From NCBI GenBank assembly GCA_963714015.1, contig OY970223.1:2912001-2976000 (forward strand): a DNA stretch of 64,000 nt, given 5' to 3'. How positions within the stretch are numbered: position 1 is the first letter of the stretch; every line of letters begins with the position of its first letter. The DNA comes from Vulcanimicrobiota bacterium. Lineage in GTDB: Bacteria > Vulcanimicrobiota > Vulcanimicrobiia > Vulcanimicrobiales > Vulcanimicrobiaceae. The translations under genes were made by a program, and so were the position numbers. The notes beneath the pieces were generated by a model that saw only the letters and a list, made by a program, of their open reading frames with translations, did no database searches and had not been told where the DNA came from. Below, in pieces: positions 30,977 through 40,860 of this stretch.

Positions 30977-31633
30977 TTATTCCACGTTGGCGATTTGCAG
31001 CTGTACCCGCAGGGCCGCATTGACTTCTTGCTCGCGCAAAAGCGCATTGGCCGTTTCCTTCGACATGAAGTCGACCAGTTCGTCGATGCGCCGAAAGAGC
31101 GAATCGATGGCACCGGTCAGCCAGAACAACACGCCGCACTCGGCAACGACTGCAAGGGCGTGAACCAGAACGCGGTCGAGCCCTTCTTCGGGAAAGACGT
31201 CCGCAGGCACCACGAGATCCAGAATGAGGTGATGGCCGGCCGTAAGGGCCGCGGCGACGGCGATCGGACGCCAATCAACGTAGGCTGCAAGCATTGCGAA
31301 GATGCCGAAAAAGTACATATGGTAGTCGATCTGCCAGTCGCCCTGCCCGGAGATGCCGCTATGATGTCCGCGGCCGGCATAGACAAGCAGAATAGGCCCG
31401 CACGTCATGAATATGGCCATAAGGGAGCGCAGCGTCAAACCGTCCTTGAGCGTGCGAGAAGCGACGGTCGCAAACGCCGCGATGGTCAGCGCGATTGCTG
31501 CCGCAATCTGCCATTCGTTACGCGCTACGAGCGCGACGAGAATGACCAGCGGCACGTGGATCCAAGTAATCAGCGCGAACAGCAGTGTCGCACGTTGGCG
31601 AATGTCGTTGAGGCGCAGCGGGCGGGCGTCCAT
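30977..31633 (-). CDS. Stand-alone multi-TM sensor-like domain (resembles membrane N-termini of MCP/kinase proteins)
   Basis: WQIDYHMYFF, YVDWRP, HH, VLVHALAVVAE; AAGGAG SD. Confidence 0.7.
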   Translation of the reverse strand: MDARPLRLNDIRQRATLLFALITWIHVPLVILVALVARNEWQIAAAIALTIAAFATVASRTLKDGLTLRSLMAIFMTCGPILLVYAGRGHHSGISGQGDWQIDYHMYFFGIFAMLAAYVDWRPIAVAAALTAGHHLILDLVVPADVFPEEGLDRVLVHALAVVAECGVLFWLTGAIDSLFRRIDELVDFMSKETANALLREQEVNAALRVQLQIANVE

Positions 31634-31908
31634 GCAAAGCTCCTTTGACAAAAGAAAAAACACACCCATAAAGCCGTCTATCCGAGTATCGGTTTTGCAT
31701 AGGCGGCAACGTGAGGAACGTTTACGCTTACCGCATCGAATTTTTACCGAGCGTCGCCGGCCGCATACCGGATCCTCGACCGGCGAGCCTCGGGGGCGAG
31801 CGCGCGACCTTCACAGAACGTCCGCGGCGACGCCCTCCCGGCCCGCTGCCGCCGCTGCCGACTAGGCCATAGCCCCCGGGTATGAGGGAGGCGTATCTTA
31901 GGAAGGTT

Positions 31909-33387
31909 ATGCCAGAGACGCAAGCGGACATCGTGCTAGCGGGCGGCGGAATCATGAGCGCCACGCTCGCCGCCATGCTCAAAGAGCTGCAGCCCGACCT
32001 CAGGCTGGAAATTTTCGAGATGCTGGACGCGCCGGGCGAAGAGAGTTCCAACGCCCTCAACAATGCCGGCACGGGTCATGCCGCACTTTGCGAGCTGAAC
32101 TACACGCCGCAAAAGCCGGATGGGAGCGTGGACATCTCCCGGGCACTGGCCGTGAACGCGCAGTTCGACCTCTCGCGTCAGTTCTGGTCCTACGGCGTTC
32201 GCAGCGGCTCGCTCGGCGCTCCGGAAACCTTCATTCACGACGTTCCGCACATCAGCTTCGTTTGGGGCGACGACAACGTCGCTTTCCTGAGAAAGCGCTA
32301 TGACGCGATGAGCGTTCATCACTGCTTTGCCGGCATGCAATACAGCGAAGATTCATCAGTACTCGGGCAGTGGATGCCGCTGGTCATGGAGGGGCGCGAT
32401 CCGAAAGAGCGAGTCGCGGCGACGTATATGGCAACCGGTACCGACGTCGATTTTGGTGCGATTACGCGCCAGCTGATCGCGCACGTCGGAAATCAGCCGG
32501 GCGTAACCGTTTCGTACTCGACGATGGTCAGCGATCTAAAGCGCAGCAACGACGGCAGTTGGTGCGTAACGGTCAAGGATCTGAAAGCCGGCACGACGCG
32601 CAAAATCACGACGAATAAAGTGTTCCTTGGCGCGGGCGGCGGCGCACTCACGCTGCTGCAGAAATCCGGCGTTCCGGAAGGCAAAGGAATCGGCGGCTTT
32701 CCCGTAAGCGGCATCTTTCTGCGCTGCAGCGATCCGGACGTCGTCAAGCGCCATAACGGAAAAGTCTACGGAAAAGCAGCCGTGGGCGCCCCGCCGATGT
32801 CGGTTCCGCATTTGGATTCGCGGTACATCGACGGCGAGAAATCGCTTCTCTTCGGTCCGTACGCGGGCTTCTCGACGAAGTTTCTCAAGCATGGTTCGCG
32901 CAAGGATCTGTTCGGTTCAGTCAAACCGGACAATCTGAAATCGCTGCTCGCCGTCGGCCGCGACAACTTCGATCTGACGAAATACCTGATTCATGAGGTT
33001 CTGAAGTCGAAGGACGACAAGATCGCCTCACTGCATGAATATTATCCCGTCGCAGACGCATCCAAGTGGGGCTTCATCGTTGCGGGACAGCGCGTGCAAG
33101 TCATCATGCCGGACGATAGCAAAGGCGGCAAGCTCGAGTTCGGGACGAAAGTCGTGGCAACGGCGGACGGTTCCATCGCAGCTGTGCTCGGCGCATCGCC
33201 GGGAGCGTCCGTCGCCGTGGCAGTCGTGCTGGAAGTCCTCGGTAAAACGTACGGCAGCGAACTGCGCGGCTGGGAATCAAAACTTCGCGAAATGATCCCG
33301 TCGTATGGACGTTCCATCGCGGACGACGCCGATCTTTGCCGCGCCGTGCGTGCGGATACGGCAGCGGCGCTTCATCTGACGAACTAG
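31909..33387 (+). CDS. mqo: Malate:quinone oxidoreductase
   Basis: [48 protein letters not shown]. Confidence 0.96.
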   Translation: MPETQADIVLAGGGIMSATLAAMLKELQPDLRLEIFEMLDAPGEESSNALNNAGTGHAALCELNYTPQKPDGSVDISRALAVNAQFDLSRQFWSYGVRSGSLGAPETFIHDVPHISFVWGDDNVAFLRKRYDAMSVHHCFAGMQYSEDSSVLGQWMPLVMEGRDPKERVAATYMATGTDVDFGAITRQLIAHVGNQPGVTVSYSTMVSDLKRSNDGSWCVTVKDLKAGTTRKITTNKVFLGAGGGALTLLQKSGVPEGKGIGGFPVSGIFLRCSDPDVVKRHNGKVYGKAAVGAPPMSVPHLDSRYIDGEKSLLFGPYAGFSTKFLKHGSRKDLFGSVKPDNLKSLLAVGRDNFDLTKYLIHEVLKSKDDKIASLHEYYPVADASKWGFIVAGQRVQVIMPDDSKGGKLEFGTKVVATADGSIAAVLGASPGASVAVAVVLEVLGKTYGSELRGWESKLREMIPSYGRSIADDADLCRAVRADTAAALHLTN

Positions 33388-33403
33388 CGAAGATCGCCGG
33401 CCC

Positions 33404-34372
33404 CTACGGCTCGGTCAAGACATCTTCGGACGTGCGGAACATCGAGAGTTCCCAGGCCAAGCCATGCGCGCTGCCAGGTGGCCCGGCCTCGCTCGACTCG
33501 TTGGCGAATGAAACGCTGACGTGCGAATACGCATGACCGAGGTATTTCACCACACCAAGTGCCTCCTCGTCGGCAATATATGTGCGACTGCCGTCATCGG
33601 TAAACCGAATCAACCACGGTAAGCCGGGGCCGGGACCTTCCGTGAAGTTTCCCTGAATTATTGCTTGCTCCGTTGCAAGCGTGTTGACGTTAATCCATAG
33701 CTGCCGAAGCCGAAGCAACTCTGCGTCATGGCGCGGAGTCAAGGCTAGATGATAGCAAGGGGCGCCGTCGACGACCTCCAGTCCATCGTACCGGATATCG
33801 TAGTCCCTAGGCGCAGCCGTTACTGAAGCGATCGTCCTTAGACCGGCCGCGGCCGACGAAGGCGTCTTGGTAACTACCGCCGGCTTCTCATTCGACGATG
33901 CATTCGCCATGCCAAAGGAATACGTCGGCGAAAGCAGCGGAACGCCGAGTAAATCGTACTGCTGCGGCTGAGTCAGCGGCATTGTTTTTGACACGTTGAC
34001 GACACCGCCCCCGTCAACACTCGGATGCGCCGTAAGCGATGGAGCACCGGCGTAACTCAGCGTGATTCGGGCCTTTAGGCTTACTCCATGGGGCACGAAC
34101 GGACGCGCCGCTTCCTGCGCGCTTGTAGCTTGAACGGAGATCTTGCCGCTCGTCGTGTCTACTAAAGACGAGTACGTGTTTGTCACGATACGCGTCTTTT
34201 CAGTTCCGTAGATCGTGACCGTGTACGTCAAAAGAGCGGGATAACTCTCGGCTGACCAGCGACCGCGCGCTTGTGCAAAAATTGCATAGGGATCAAGCAC
34301 TCCTGAGGACGGTGCGACGAGCGCGGCGAGCGCAACCATACATAGGTTTTCAACGATGCTGCCGTATTCCAT
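33404..34372 (-). CDS. Secreted hypothetical protein (LolA/sorting-fold-like C-terminus)
   Basis: Hydrophobic N-terminus; CYHLALTPR...LRQLWIN segment. Confidence 0.6.
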   Translation of the reverse strand: MEYGSIVENLCMVALAALVAPSSGVLDPYAIFAQARGRWSAESYPALLTYTVTIYGTEKTRIVTNTYSSLVDTTSGKISVQATSAQEAARPFVPHGVSLKARITLSYAGAPSLTAHPSVDGGGVVNVSKTMPLTQPQQYDLLGVPLLSPTYSFGMANASSNEKPAVVTKTPSSAAAGLRTIASVTAAPRDYDIRYDGLEVVDGAPCYHLALTPRHDAELLRLRQLWINVNTLATEQAIIQGNFTEGPGPGLPWLIRFTDDGSRTYIADEEALGVVKYLGHAYSHVSVSFANESSEAGPPGSAHGLAWELSMFRTSEDVLTEP

Positions 34373-34378
34373 GTATGT

Positions 34379-34425
34379 ATGGCGACGCTAAAGGGGCTCG
34401 AACCCTCGACCTCCGCCGTGACAGG
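34379..34425 (-). repeat. Duplicated 3' half of tRNA-Asp (att-like site)
   Basis: 45/47 identical to 35312-35358; spans anticodon loop to CCA. Confidence 0.92.
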
Positions 34426-34489
34426 TCGAGTGAAGGCGTTCCACCGCGTTTTTAGTACGGGTTGGCGGCCAGTGTGATACGATGTCGTC

Positions 34490-35249
34490 ATGGCGCAGGG
34501 CCTAACATTGACGCTAGTTTTGGCGTGTTCGCTCACGCTGGGACCACTGATCTCCACATCGCACCACGCTACGTCGAAGACGTACAAGGATTTGCGGGCA
34601 ACGTTGGATTGGAGCAGTGAACTCCGCTGGCAGGAACCGGACGATGGCGGTCCACGCTACAAAGGGTCGCTCTTCGGATCCGCGTACGTGCGCATCACCG
34701 CACCGGGAATGACGCCGCAAGTCCTTTCGCTTGCACCGTTTTTACCGGAAGGGCACGCCTACACAGCGGTCGATGGTCCATCGGACGGGTGCGGCGCCGT
34801 CACGAACCTGGCAATACTGCCGAAAGCGCGATCGCCGCTGCCTTACGTCGTCGCTTTCGTCGTGCTTGCGGAAAAGGGATGTTTGGCGCTTCCTATTGTG
34901 TTTGTTCCATTGCATTCCGGCGACCGATACGCATACGTCGGCGCCCCATATTATGCGACATGGTGGAGCGGACCGAGAGCAACGTCACGCATTCGCGCCG
35001 CGTCTATCGATAATGTGTCGTTACCGAGCCGCAGCGCTCTTGGCGCCGTAGTTCATAACGAGTGGACCGTTATCGTTGTAACCAACGCTCTTTCGACCGG
35101 GCCGCGCGTCGCTGTCTTTGAGCCTCCCAATAGGCCGAAGCAAATCCGCCTCGACTCAACAATAATGTTAGGTGACGTTACAGCGCCTGGTTCGCTCGCT
35201 AGCCACCGAAAAAGCGCGGCCTCTCACCTCGTCGCGGAACGTCGGGTAA
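34490..35249 (+). CDS. Secreted hypothetical cargo protein (3' end uncertain)
   Basis: Signal-peptide-like start; called ORF runs antisense through a terminator and two tRNAs, while a +1 shift would stop at TAA 35247-35249. Confidence 0.5.
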
Positions 35250-35270
35250 CCGGTGCCTGGCCGGTGATCG

Positions 35271-35304
35271 AAAAAAGCCTCGACGCAAACGCACCGAGGC
35301 TTTT
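35271..35304. terminator. Bidirectional intrinsic terminator downstream of tRNA-Asp
   Basis: AAAAAAGCCTCG...CGAGGCTTTT. Confidence 0.8.
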
Positions 35305-35312
35305 CTTTAAAA

Positions 35313-35389
35313 TGGCGACGCAGAAGGGGCTCGAACCCTCGACCTCCGCCGTGACAGGGCGGCGCTCTAACCAACTGAGCTACTGCGCC
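35313..35389 (-). tRNA. tRNA-Asp(GTC) with CCA
   Basis: GGCGCAGTAGCTCAGTTGGTTAGAGC...CTGTCAC...GGTTCGAGCC...GCCA. Confidence 0.96.
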
Positions 35390-35463
35390 ATCGCCGATTA
35401 CGGTCCCGTTCGGGACAGCCGACCACTATTAGCACTCGCCGCGGCCCGACCCTTTAGCCGCAA

Positions 35464-35538
35464 TGGTGGGCACGGTTGGGATCGAACCAACGACCCTCCG
35501 CGTGTGAAGCGGATGCTCTCCCACTGAGCTACGCGCCC
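35464..35538 (-). tRNA. tRNA-Val(CAC) with CCA
   Basis: GGGCGCGTAGCTCAGTGGGAGAGC...TTCACAC...GGTTCGATCC...ACCA. Confidence 0.95.
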
Positions 35539-35641
35539 TCACGGCTCCGGAACCGGGTCATTCTACGTCAGCCGGCCGAGCCTTGTCCAGCGGCAACGTC
35601 GTCGCGATGAGCCGGCGGGTGAGTCAGCGAACCGGGCGCCC

Positions 35642-36073
35642 ATGCTCGAAGGCTACCCGCTCGTCTCGCGCTTCAGTGTGCCGTTCGCCGACGTGGATAT
35701 GATGCGCCATGTGAACAACGTCGCTTACTTGCGCTGGACCGAGACGTTACGCTCCGAATATTTCGCCCAAGTCATGCGCACGCCGATCAACGGTGACCAC
35801 GGGATGATTCAAGCCTCCATCAATTTTACGTACGAGCGTCAGCTGGCGTATCGCGAACGAGTCGCGGTGGGATGCCGAATCCCACGCATCGGCAACAAAT
35901 CGTTCGACTTCGAATACGAGATTTGGAGCGAGACCAAAGGGCGTCGTGCCGCTCACGGCATTACGACAATGGTCGCATTCGATTTCTTCCACGATCGCAC
36001 GATCGTCGTTCCGCAGGAGTGGCGCGAGGCCATTGCCCAGTATGAAAGCGGTCCGCAGCGGATATACACATAG
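35642..36073 (+). CDS. Acyl-CoA thioesterase (4HBT/YbgC family)
   Basis: DVDMMRHVNNVAY, RIGNKSF. Confidence 0.9.
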   Translation: MLEGYPLVSRFSVPFADVDMMRHVNNVAYLRWTETLRSEYFAQVMRTPINGDHGMIQASINFTYERQLAYRERVAVGCRIPRIGNKSFDFEYEIWSETKGRRAAHGITTMVAFDFFHDRTIVVPQEWREAIAQYESGPQRIYT

Positions 36074-36078
36074 GTACC

Positions 36079-37206
36079 GTGCAAAATTCTTCGACCGAGC
36101 AAGCGTCCGCCCTCAACGACCCCGTAGCCGCTGCCAAGGCGGCGGGACTGCGCTACGTTTCGGATGAGGGTCCCGGCATCCGCCGCGTCGAGCGCGGGAA
36201 GTCGTTCGCGTACGTCGGCGTAGACGGCAAGATCATTGAAGACGAGGACGAGCTCCGCCGAATAAAATCGCTCGCCGTTCCTCCCGCGTATACTGACATC
36301 TGGATCTGCCCCATTGCTAACGGCCATCTGCAGGCGACGGGCCGGGATGCTCGCGGACGCAAGCAATACCGTTACCATAAACGCTGGCGCGAGGTTCGCG
36401 ACGAGAACAAGTACGGCCGAATGATGGCGTTCGCGCGCGCGCTGCCGAAGATCCGCAAGCGTATTGAAGCGGATCTCGGGCTTCCCGAACTGCCCCGTGA
36501 GAAGGTGCTGGCGACAATCGTGCAGCTGCTCGAAACGACTGCCATCCGCATCGGCAACGACGAGTATGCCAAGGAGAACAACTCCTTCGGACTGACGACG
36601 CTGCGTAACAAACACGCGCACGTGAAAGGTGCGACGATTCGCTTCTCATTTCGCGGAAAAAGCGGCGTGCGTCATGCAATCGATTTACACGATCGCCGGC
36701 TCGCCCGGATCGTACGGCAATGTCAAGAGTTGCCGGGACAACAACTCTTTGAATACATCGACGACGAAGGCCAGACCCGAACGATCGACTCCTCCGACGT
36801 GAACGACTACATCCGCGAAGTCTCCGGCGATGAGTTTTCGGCCAAAGACTTTCGGACGTGGGTCGGCACCGTTACCTGTGCCATGTTGCTCGCACAAGCC
36901 GAGGCCGCCGAGGCGCAGACCGAACGCAAATCGCGCGTGACGGCGGTCATCAAGGACGTCGCGCAGCGGCTGGGCAACACGCCGGCGGTTTGCCGCAAGT
37001 GTTACGTCCATCCCGACGTGCTTGAAGCGTATATGGAAAGCGGGACGTTGGATTTCAACCGGAAGGCGCGTCACACGCAGGGGCTGCTTGCGGAGGAACT
37101 CTTCGTTCTCGCTTTGCTCGAGGAGCGAGCCAAGGAGACGGATTCGGATCGAACCTCGCGCCGCTTGCAGCAATCTCTGCGGGCGCGCAAGAAGAAAGCC
37201 GCGTGA
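36079..37206 (+). CDS. Bacterial DNA topoisomerase IB
   Basis: IWIC..GHLQATGRDARGRKQYRYH, RIGN, GKSG, KDFRTW, LGNTPAVCRKCY (catalytic Tyr). Confidence 0.93.
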   Translation: MQNSSTEQASALNDPVAAAKAAGLRYVSDEGPGIRRVERGKSFAYVGVDGKIIEDEDELRRIKSLAVPPAYTDIWICPIANGHLQATGRDARGRKQYRYHKRWREVRDENKYGRMMAFARALPKIRKRIEADLGLPELPREKVLATIVQLLETTAIRIGNDEYAKENNSFGLTTLRNKHAHVKGATIRFSFRGKSGVRHAIDLHDRRLARIVRQCQELPGQQLFEYIDDEGQTRTIDSSDVNDYIREVSGDEFSAKDFRTWVGTVTCAMLLAQAEAAEAQTERKSRVTAVIKDVAQRLGNTPAVCRKCYVHPDVLEAYMESGTLDFNRKARHTQGLLAEELFVLALLEERAKETDSDRTSRRLQQSLRARKKKAA

Positions 37207-38634
37207 TAGCCGCCCTCGTTCTGGCGACCCTTACTGCAACTGCCGATGCTCACAGAACCGTAACCACCGCGAACGCGGCCGCGCAAGCTGCTTTCGATCG
37301 CGGATTGAGCTTGCTCTATGCGTACAACGGCGATAAAGCGTATGATGCATTCGCCGAAGCTCTCGTCGACGATCCGCATCTGGCGATGGCCGCCTGGGGA
37401 GAGGCGCTCTCTGCCGGCTCCGATCTGAACACGCTGCTGGACGCGCGGCGGTTCACCCGCGCGCAAGCCGCCGCACAGCATGCAGCAGCGCTGGAACAAT
37501 ACGCCTCGCCCGAGGAACGTCTGTACGTGGAAGCTGTCGGCCAGCGCTACGCCGGATCGTTCGCCGGCCACGAAGCCGACGAGGCCGTCTACCGGGAAAA
37601 GATGGCGCAGCTCGTGGCGGCGTATCCGCTGGACGACGACGCCGCGACGCTCGATGCGGAAGCGATTCTCGAGAGTGTCGGTACTTCGGACATGTGGAGT
37701 GCCGACGGCACCAAACCGACAGCCTCCTGCAATGACCGTCCTCTCGCTCATTACGCGCGTGCTCCAGCGCAATCCGCAGAACGTTTTCGCCAATCATTTG
37801 TGCATGCACGCCTACGATTACGCAAAGAATCATGCGCAGGCGCTCGCATGCGCGGATCGTGTCGCATCCTGGACGTTTTCGCCGGACCAAGAACACCTCT
37901 CGCACATGCCCGCGCATACGTATTTAGAGGCCGGAATGTACGAGAGGGCCATGGAGGTCAGCGAGCGCACGTGGCGGTTGCGCGATGACTGGGCGGGTCA
38001 AAAATACGCGGCGCACGACGCCTACACCGGATGGAGCGCTGCGATGATGCTCGGCGACGTTCATACGGCTGAAACGTGGGCTCTGCGTACCGGTCAAATC
38101 TACGGCGGAAGCGACCTTTGGGTGACTTGGGCGCGCTTCGGTGAATGGAGCCGCATTGCAGCCTCGACGCCCGGCGGGCAATTCTTCGCGCCGTTCGCGC
38201 GTGGCCTTACCGATGTCCATTTCAACGTCATGAAGGACGCTCGTGAAATGCTCGGTCTCTATGCAAATGTCGATGCGGACTACCGCTGGATATTGCAGGC
38301 GGCAATCGACGAGCGTGATGGCCATATTGCCGGCGCGATCGACGATCTGCATCATGCGCTTGCCTATCAAGCGCGTGAAGACGGCGGCGAAGAGCTTCCG
38401 CTCTTTCCGGCAGGCGAAGCGCTGGGCGCGCTTTACTATCGGCAAGCGCGTTACGCCGATGCGCAAGCAGCCTTTGAGCAAACGCTTCAGCGTTATCCGA
38501 ACGATCCGCGCGCGCTCTACGGACTGAGCCTTGCGCAGCAGCAACTCGGTCAGGCAGTAACTTCGCAGCAGACACTGAAGAGTTTTCAGCTGATATGGAC
38601 CGACCCCGCGCCTCCGAGCATCGCAGATCTCTAA
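37203..38634 (+). CDS. Secreted TPR-repeat protein; +1 frameshift near 37722
   Basis: AQAAFDRGL..YAYN, ANHLCMH, HLSHMPAH, RYPNDPRALYGL. Confidence 0.8.
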
Positions 38635-38676
38635 ACGCGCGGCGTTGAGAAAGACGCGCACGAGCGACGTCGGCCC

Positions 38677-38871
38677 TTATGCCTCATGCCTGCGCAGCGC
38701 TTGTGCAAACATCGCGAAAAGGTCGCTCAGCGTCTGCGCCGTTTCGGCCAACCGGTTGCGAATGCTGCTACTTCGCCCGCTTTCCAATCTGCGAAGCAGC
38801 CGCGCGTGCGCGGCTTGCGCGAGCAGTTCTTCGCGGCGCTGGCGGACGGCAACGCCAATCCAATCTTCCAT
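38677..38871 (-). CDS. Small helical hypothetical protein, 64 aa, downstream of attenuator
   Basis: MEDWIGVAVRQRREELLAQAAHARLLRR; first plausible gene after the leader. Confidence 0.65.
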   Translation of the reverse strand: MEDWIGVAVRQRREELLAQAAHARLLRRLESGRSSSIRNRLAETAQTLSDLFAMFAQALRRHEA

Positions 38872-38949
38872 AAACGCTTCTCACAAAGACAAAGTGTAAA
38901 TAAGGTCGTGGCGGCCACCGTCATGGTGGACCTGTCGACCACGAGTAAT

Positions 38950-38977
38950 AAAAAAGCCTCCGACGATGCGGAGACTT
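38950..38977 (-). terminator. Attenuator terminator hairpin
   Basis: AGTCTCCG-catcgt-CGGAGGCT followed by TTTTTATT on minus strand. Confidence 0.85.
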
Positions 38978-39001
38978 CGGTAGATCGGCCGGCGGCCTGT
39001 G

Positions 39002-39097
39002 CTACGCCGGACCTGGACCTACAAAGCCTCCACTGTGCGTGCCGTTGCCGGAAGCAACGGCGCAAATAACGTTGGGTTGCATCGTAGTGAATTTCAT
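39002..39097 (-). CDS. Leader peptide (uORF), 31 aa
   Basis: MKFTTMQPNVICAVASGNGTHSGGFVGPGPA after AAGAAAGGAG SD; 3' part overlaps the antiterminator arm. Confidence 0.7.
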   Translation of the reverse strand: MKFTTMQPNVICAVASGNGTHSGGFVGPGPA

Positions 39098-39145
39098 CGT
39101 AATCCGTTGCTCCTTTCTTGTACTGGCACGCCCGTGCGGAGCCTT

Positions 39146-39175
39146 ACGATAGCACGCGCGCAATTGTACTGTCAA
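39146..39175 (-). promoter_or_regulatory. Sigma70-type promoter of the attenuated unit
   Basis: TTGACA-18 nt-TATCGT with extended TG. Confidence 0.75.
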
Positions 39176-39256
39176 ATTCTCGTTAGAACGGATCGCATGT
39201 TTGCGGGCGATTTTCGCCGCGTGAAAGGGTCCGGGAGCCGTTTGCGAATAAACCGT

Positions 39257-39287
39257 TTGACGGCCGCGGAATGGCGTTTGCTATACT
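39257..39287 (+). promoter_or_regulatory. Promoter of tRNA-Val(GAC)
   Basis: TTGACG-19 nt-TATACT with extended TG. Confidence 0.6.
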
Positions 39288-39305
39288 CGGCCGGTTGACG
39301 CCCGG

Positions 39306-39380
39306 GGGCGGTTAGCTCAGTGGGAGAGCGCTTCCTTGACACGGAAGAGGTCAGAAGTTCAATCCTTCTACCGCCCACCA
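39306..39380 (+). tRNA. tRNA-Val(GAC) with CCA
   Basis: GGGCGGTTAGCTCAGTGGGAGAGC...TTGACAC...AGTTCAATCC...ACCA. Confidence 0.95.
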
Positions 39381-39383
39381 TTT

Positions 39384-39412
39384 AAAAAACGTCGATTGGA
39401 TCGGCGTTTTTT
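39384..39412 (+). terminator. Terminator after tRNA-Val(GAC)
   Basis: AAAAAACGTCGAT..ATCGGCGTTTTTT. Confidence 0.8.
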
Positions 39413-39736
39413 GTTTTAGAAGTCGGGCGACAGACTAAATTGACGTCGTAAGTATGGGCGAATCGACGCGACGGGAGGGTCTGCCGTGCCTTTCAACAAC
39501 CCATTAGTACTCTCGATTGATAGGGTACCGTAAGACAATGGTGTTGTTTGTAATATGTGGGTTGCTGTCGTTCGCGGCCGTAATAGGGATGACCGTATCC
39601 GTTCAGCGACGCCGCGGTGGCTACTTCGCGCATCCTACCGGCCAGGATAGGCCGCGCGAGGCTGATCTCAGCCCCCGAAAATCGGGCCAAATGAAATTGT
39701 GGTCTCTGAGGCAAAACGCCTCGCAAGGAGACCAGG

Positions 39737-40003
39737 ATGAAGAAATCCCGCTTCACCGAGTCGCAGATCGTCGCGATTCTGAAGGAGCACGACGCGACCG
39801 GCAAGACCAGCGAGATCTGCCGGCAGCACGGCATCCATCCCAATACGCTGCGGAACTGGAAGGCCAAGTACGGCGGCCTTGAAGTCAGCGACGTCGTGCG
39901 CATGAAGCAGCTCCAGGAAGAAAACGCCCGGCTCAAGCGCATCGTGGCAAACCAAGCGATGGACATCGATGCCCTCAAATATTTGAATGAAAAAAAATGG
40001 TAA
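39737..40003 (+). CDS. IS3 transposase OrfA (HTH)
   Basis: MKKSRFTESQI..ICRQHGI..WKAKYGG..EENARLK. Confidence 0.93.
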   Translation: MKKSRFTESQIVAILKEHDATGKTSEICRQHGIHPNTLRNWKAKYGGLEVSDVVRMKQLQEENARLKRIVANQAMDIDALKYLNEKKW

Positions 40004-40860
40004 GCTCTGCCCGGCGCCGCGCGGCCGTGCAAGAGCTCAAAGGCCAGCGCGGTTATAGCGAGCGGCGTGCATGCCAACTCGTGGCATGTGCGCGATCCAC
40101 CGCGCAGTACCGGGCTCGAAAAGCGGATGATGCGGCACTGCTCGAGCCGATGAAGCAGCTCGTTGACCAGAATCGGCGCTCGGGCTATCGCGTGCTGCAT
40201 TTTCTGCTCAAGCGCGACTATGCGATTCAGGTGAATCACAAGCGCTTTTATCGCGTGTACCGTGCCGCCGGCCTGCAAGTTCGAAAGCGAAAGAAACGGC
40301 ATGTGCGCTACGAGCGTGGTCGCGAATCGCCGACCGTTACCAGGCCGAATGAACGGTGGTCTATGGATTTCGTTCACGATTCGCTGGCCAACGGCCGCAA
40401 AGTCAGGCTGCTCAATATCATCGACGACTTCACATGCGAATGCCTGCGGATCGAGGTCGACTCATCGCTGCCTTCTCGCCGCGTTATTGTGGCGCTTGAG
40501 CGTATCGCCAAAGAGCGCGGGTTTCCGCAAACCGTGAAATTTGACAACGGCAGCGAATTTTCAAGCCTTGCAATGCTGCGCTGGGGTGCAGAACGAAACG
40601 TGAAGTTGCACTTCATTGAACCCGGAAAACCGACGCAGAACGGAAAGATCGAGAGTTTCAACGCACGCCAACGTGATGAGTTGCTCAATGAACACTGGTT
40701 CTTGACTCTCGGTGACCTTCGGACTGAAGCCGAGCGCTGGCGCATTCGATACAACACGCATCGGCCTCATGGTTCGCTGGGTTATCTTACGCCGGCAGAA
40801 TTTGCGCGCCGTTATCGCGAATCGACCCAAAACACTACGCCACAATTTGAAGCGGCCTAG
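39997..40860 (+). CDS. IS3 transposase OrfB (DDE); programmed -1 frameshift at A8 run 39990-39997
   Basis: WSMDF, DNGSEF, PGKPTQNGKIESFN, YNTHRPH. Confidence 0.93.
   Translation: MVSSARRRAAVQELKGQRGYSERRACQLVACARSTAQYRARKADDAALLEPMKQLVDQNRRSGYRVLHFLLKRDYAIQVNHKRFYRVYRAAGLQVRKRKKRHVRYERGRESPTVTRPNERWSMDFVHDSLANGRKVRLLNIIDDFTCECLRIEVDSSLPSRRVIVALERIAKERGFPQTVKFDNGSEFSSLAMLRWGAERNVKLHFIEPGKPTQNGKIESFNARQRDELLNEHWFLTLGDLRTEAERWRIRYNTHRPHGSLGYLTPAEFARRYRESTQNTTPQFEAA

Larger units (their letters stand above)
34426..35311. mobile_element. Integrase-free mini-island at tRNA-Asp
   Basis: Bounded by the intact tRNA-Asp 3' end and its duplicate 933 bp away; one cargo gene. Confidence 0.65.

Noticed and set aside
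35250..35527. C-terminal extension of ORF 34490..35527
   Set aside because: Runs antisense through a terminator and two tRNA genes; probably an artefact of an indel or a lost stop
38727..39065. 112-aa ORF spanning the attenuator
   Set aside because: Crosses a terminator, lacks an SD, and overlaps the better-supported uORF and 64-aa gene
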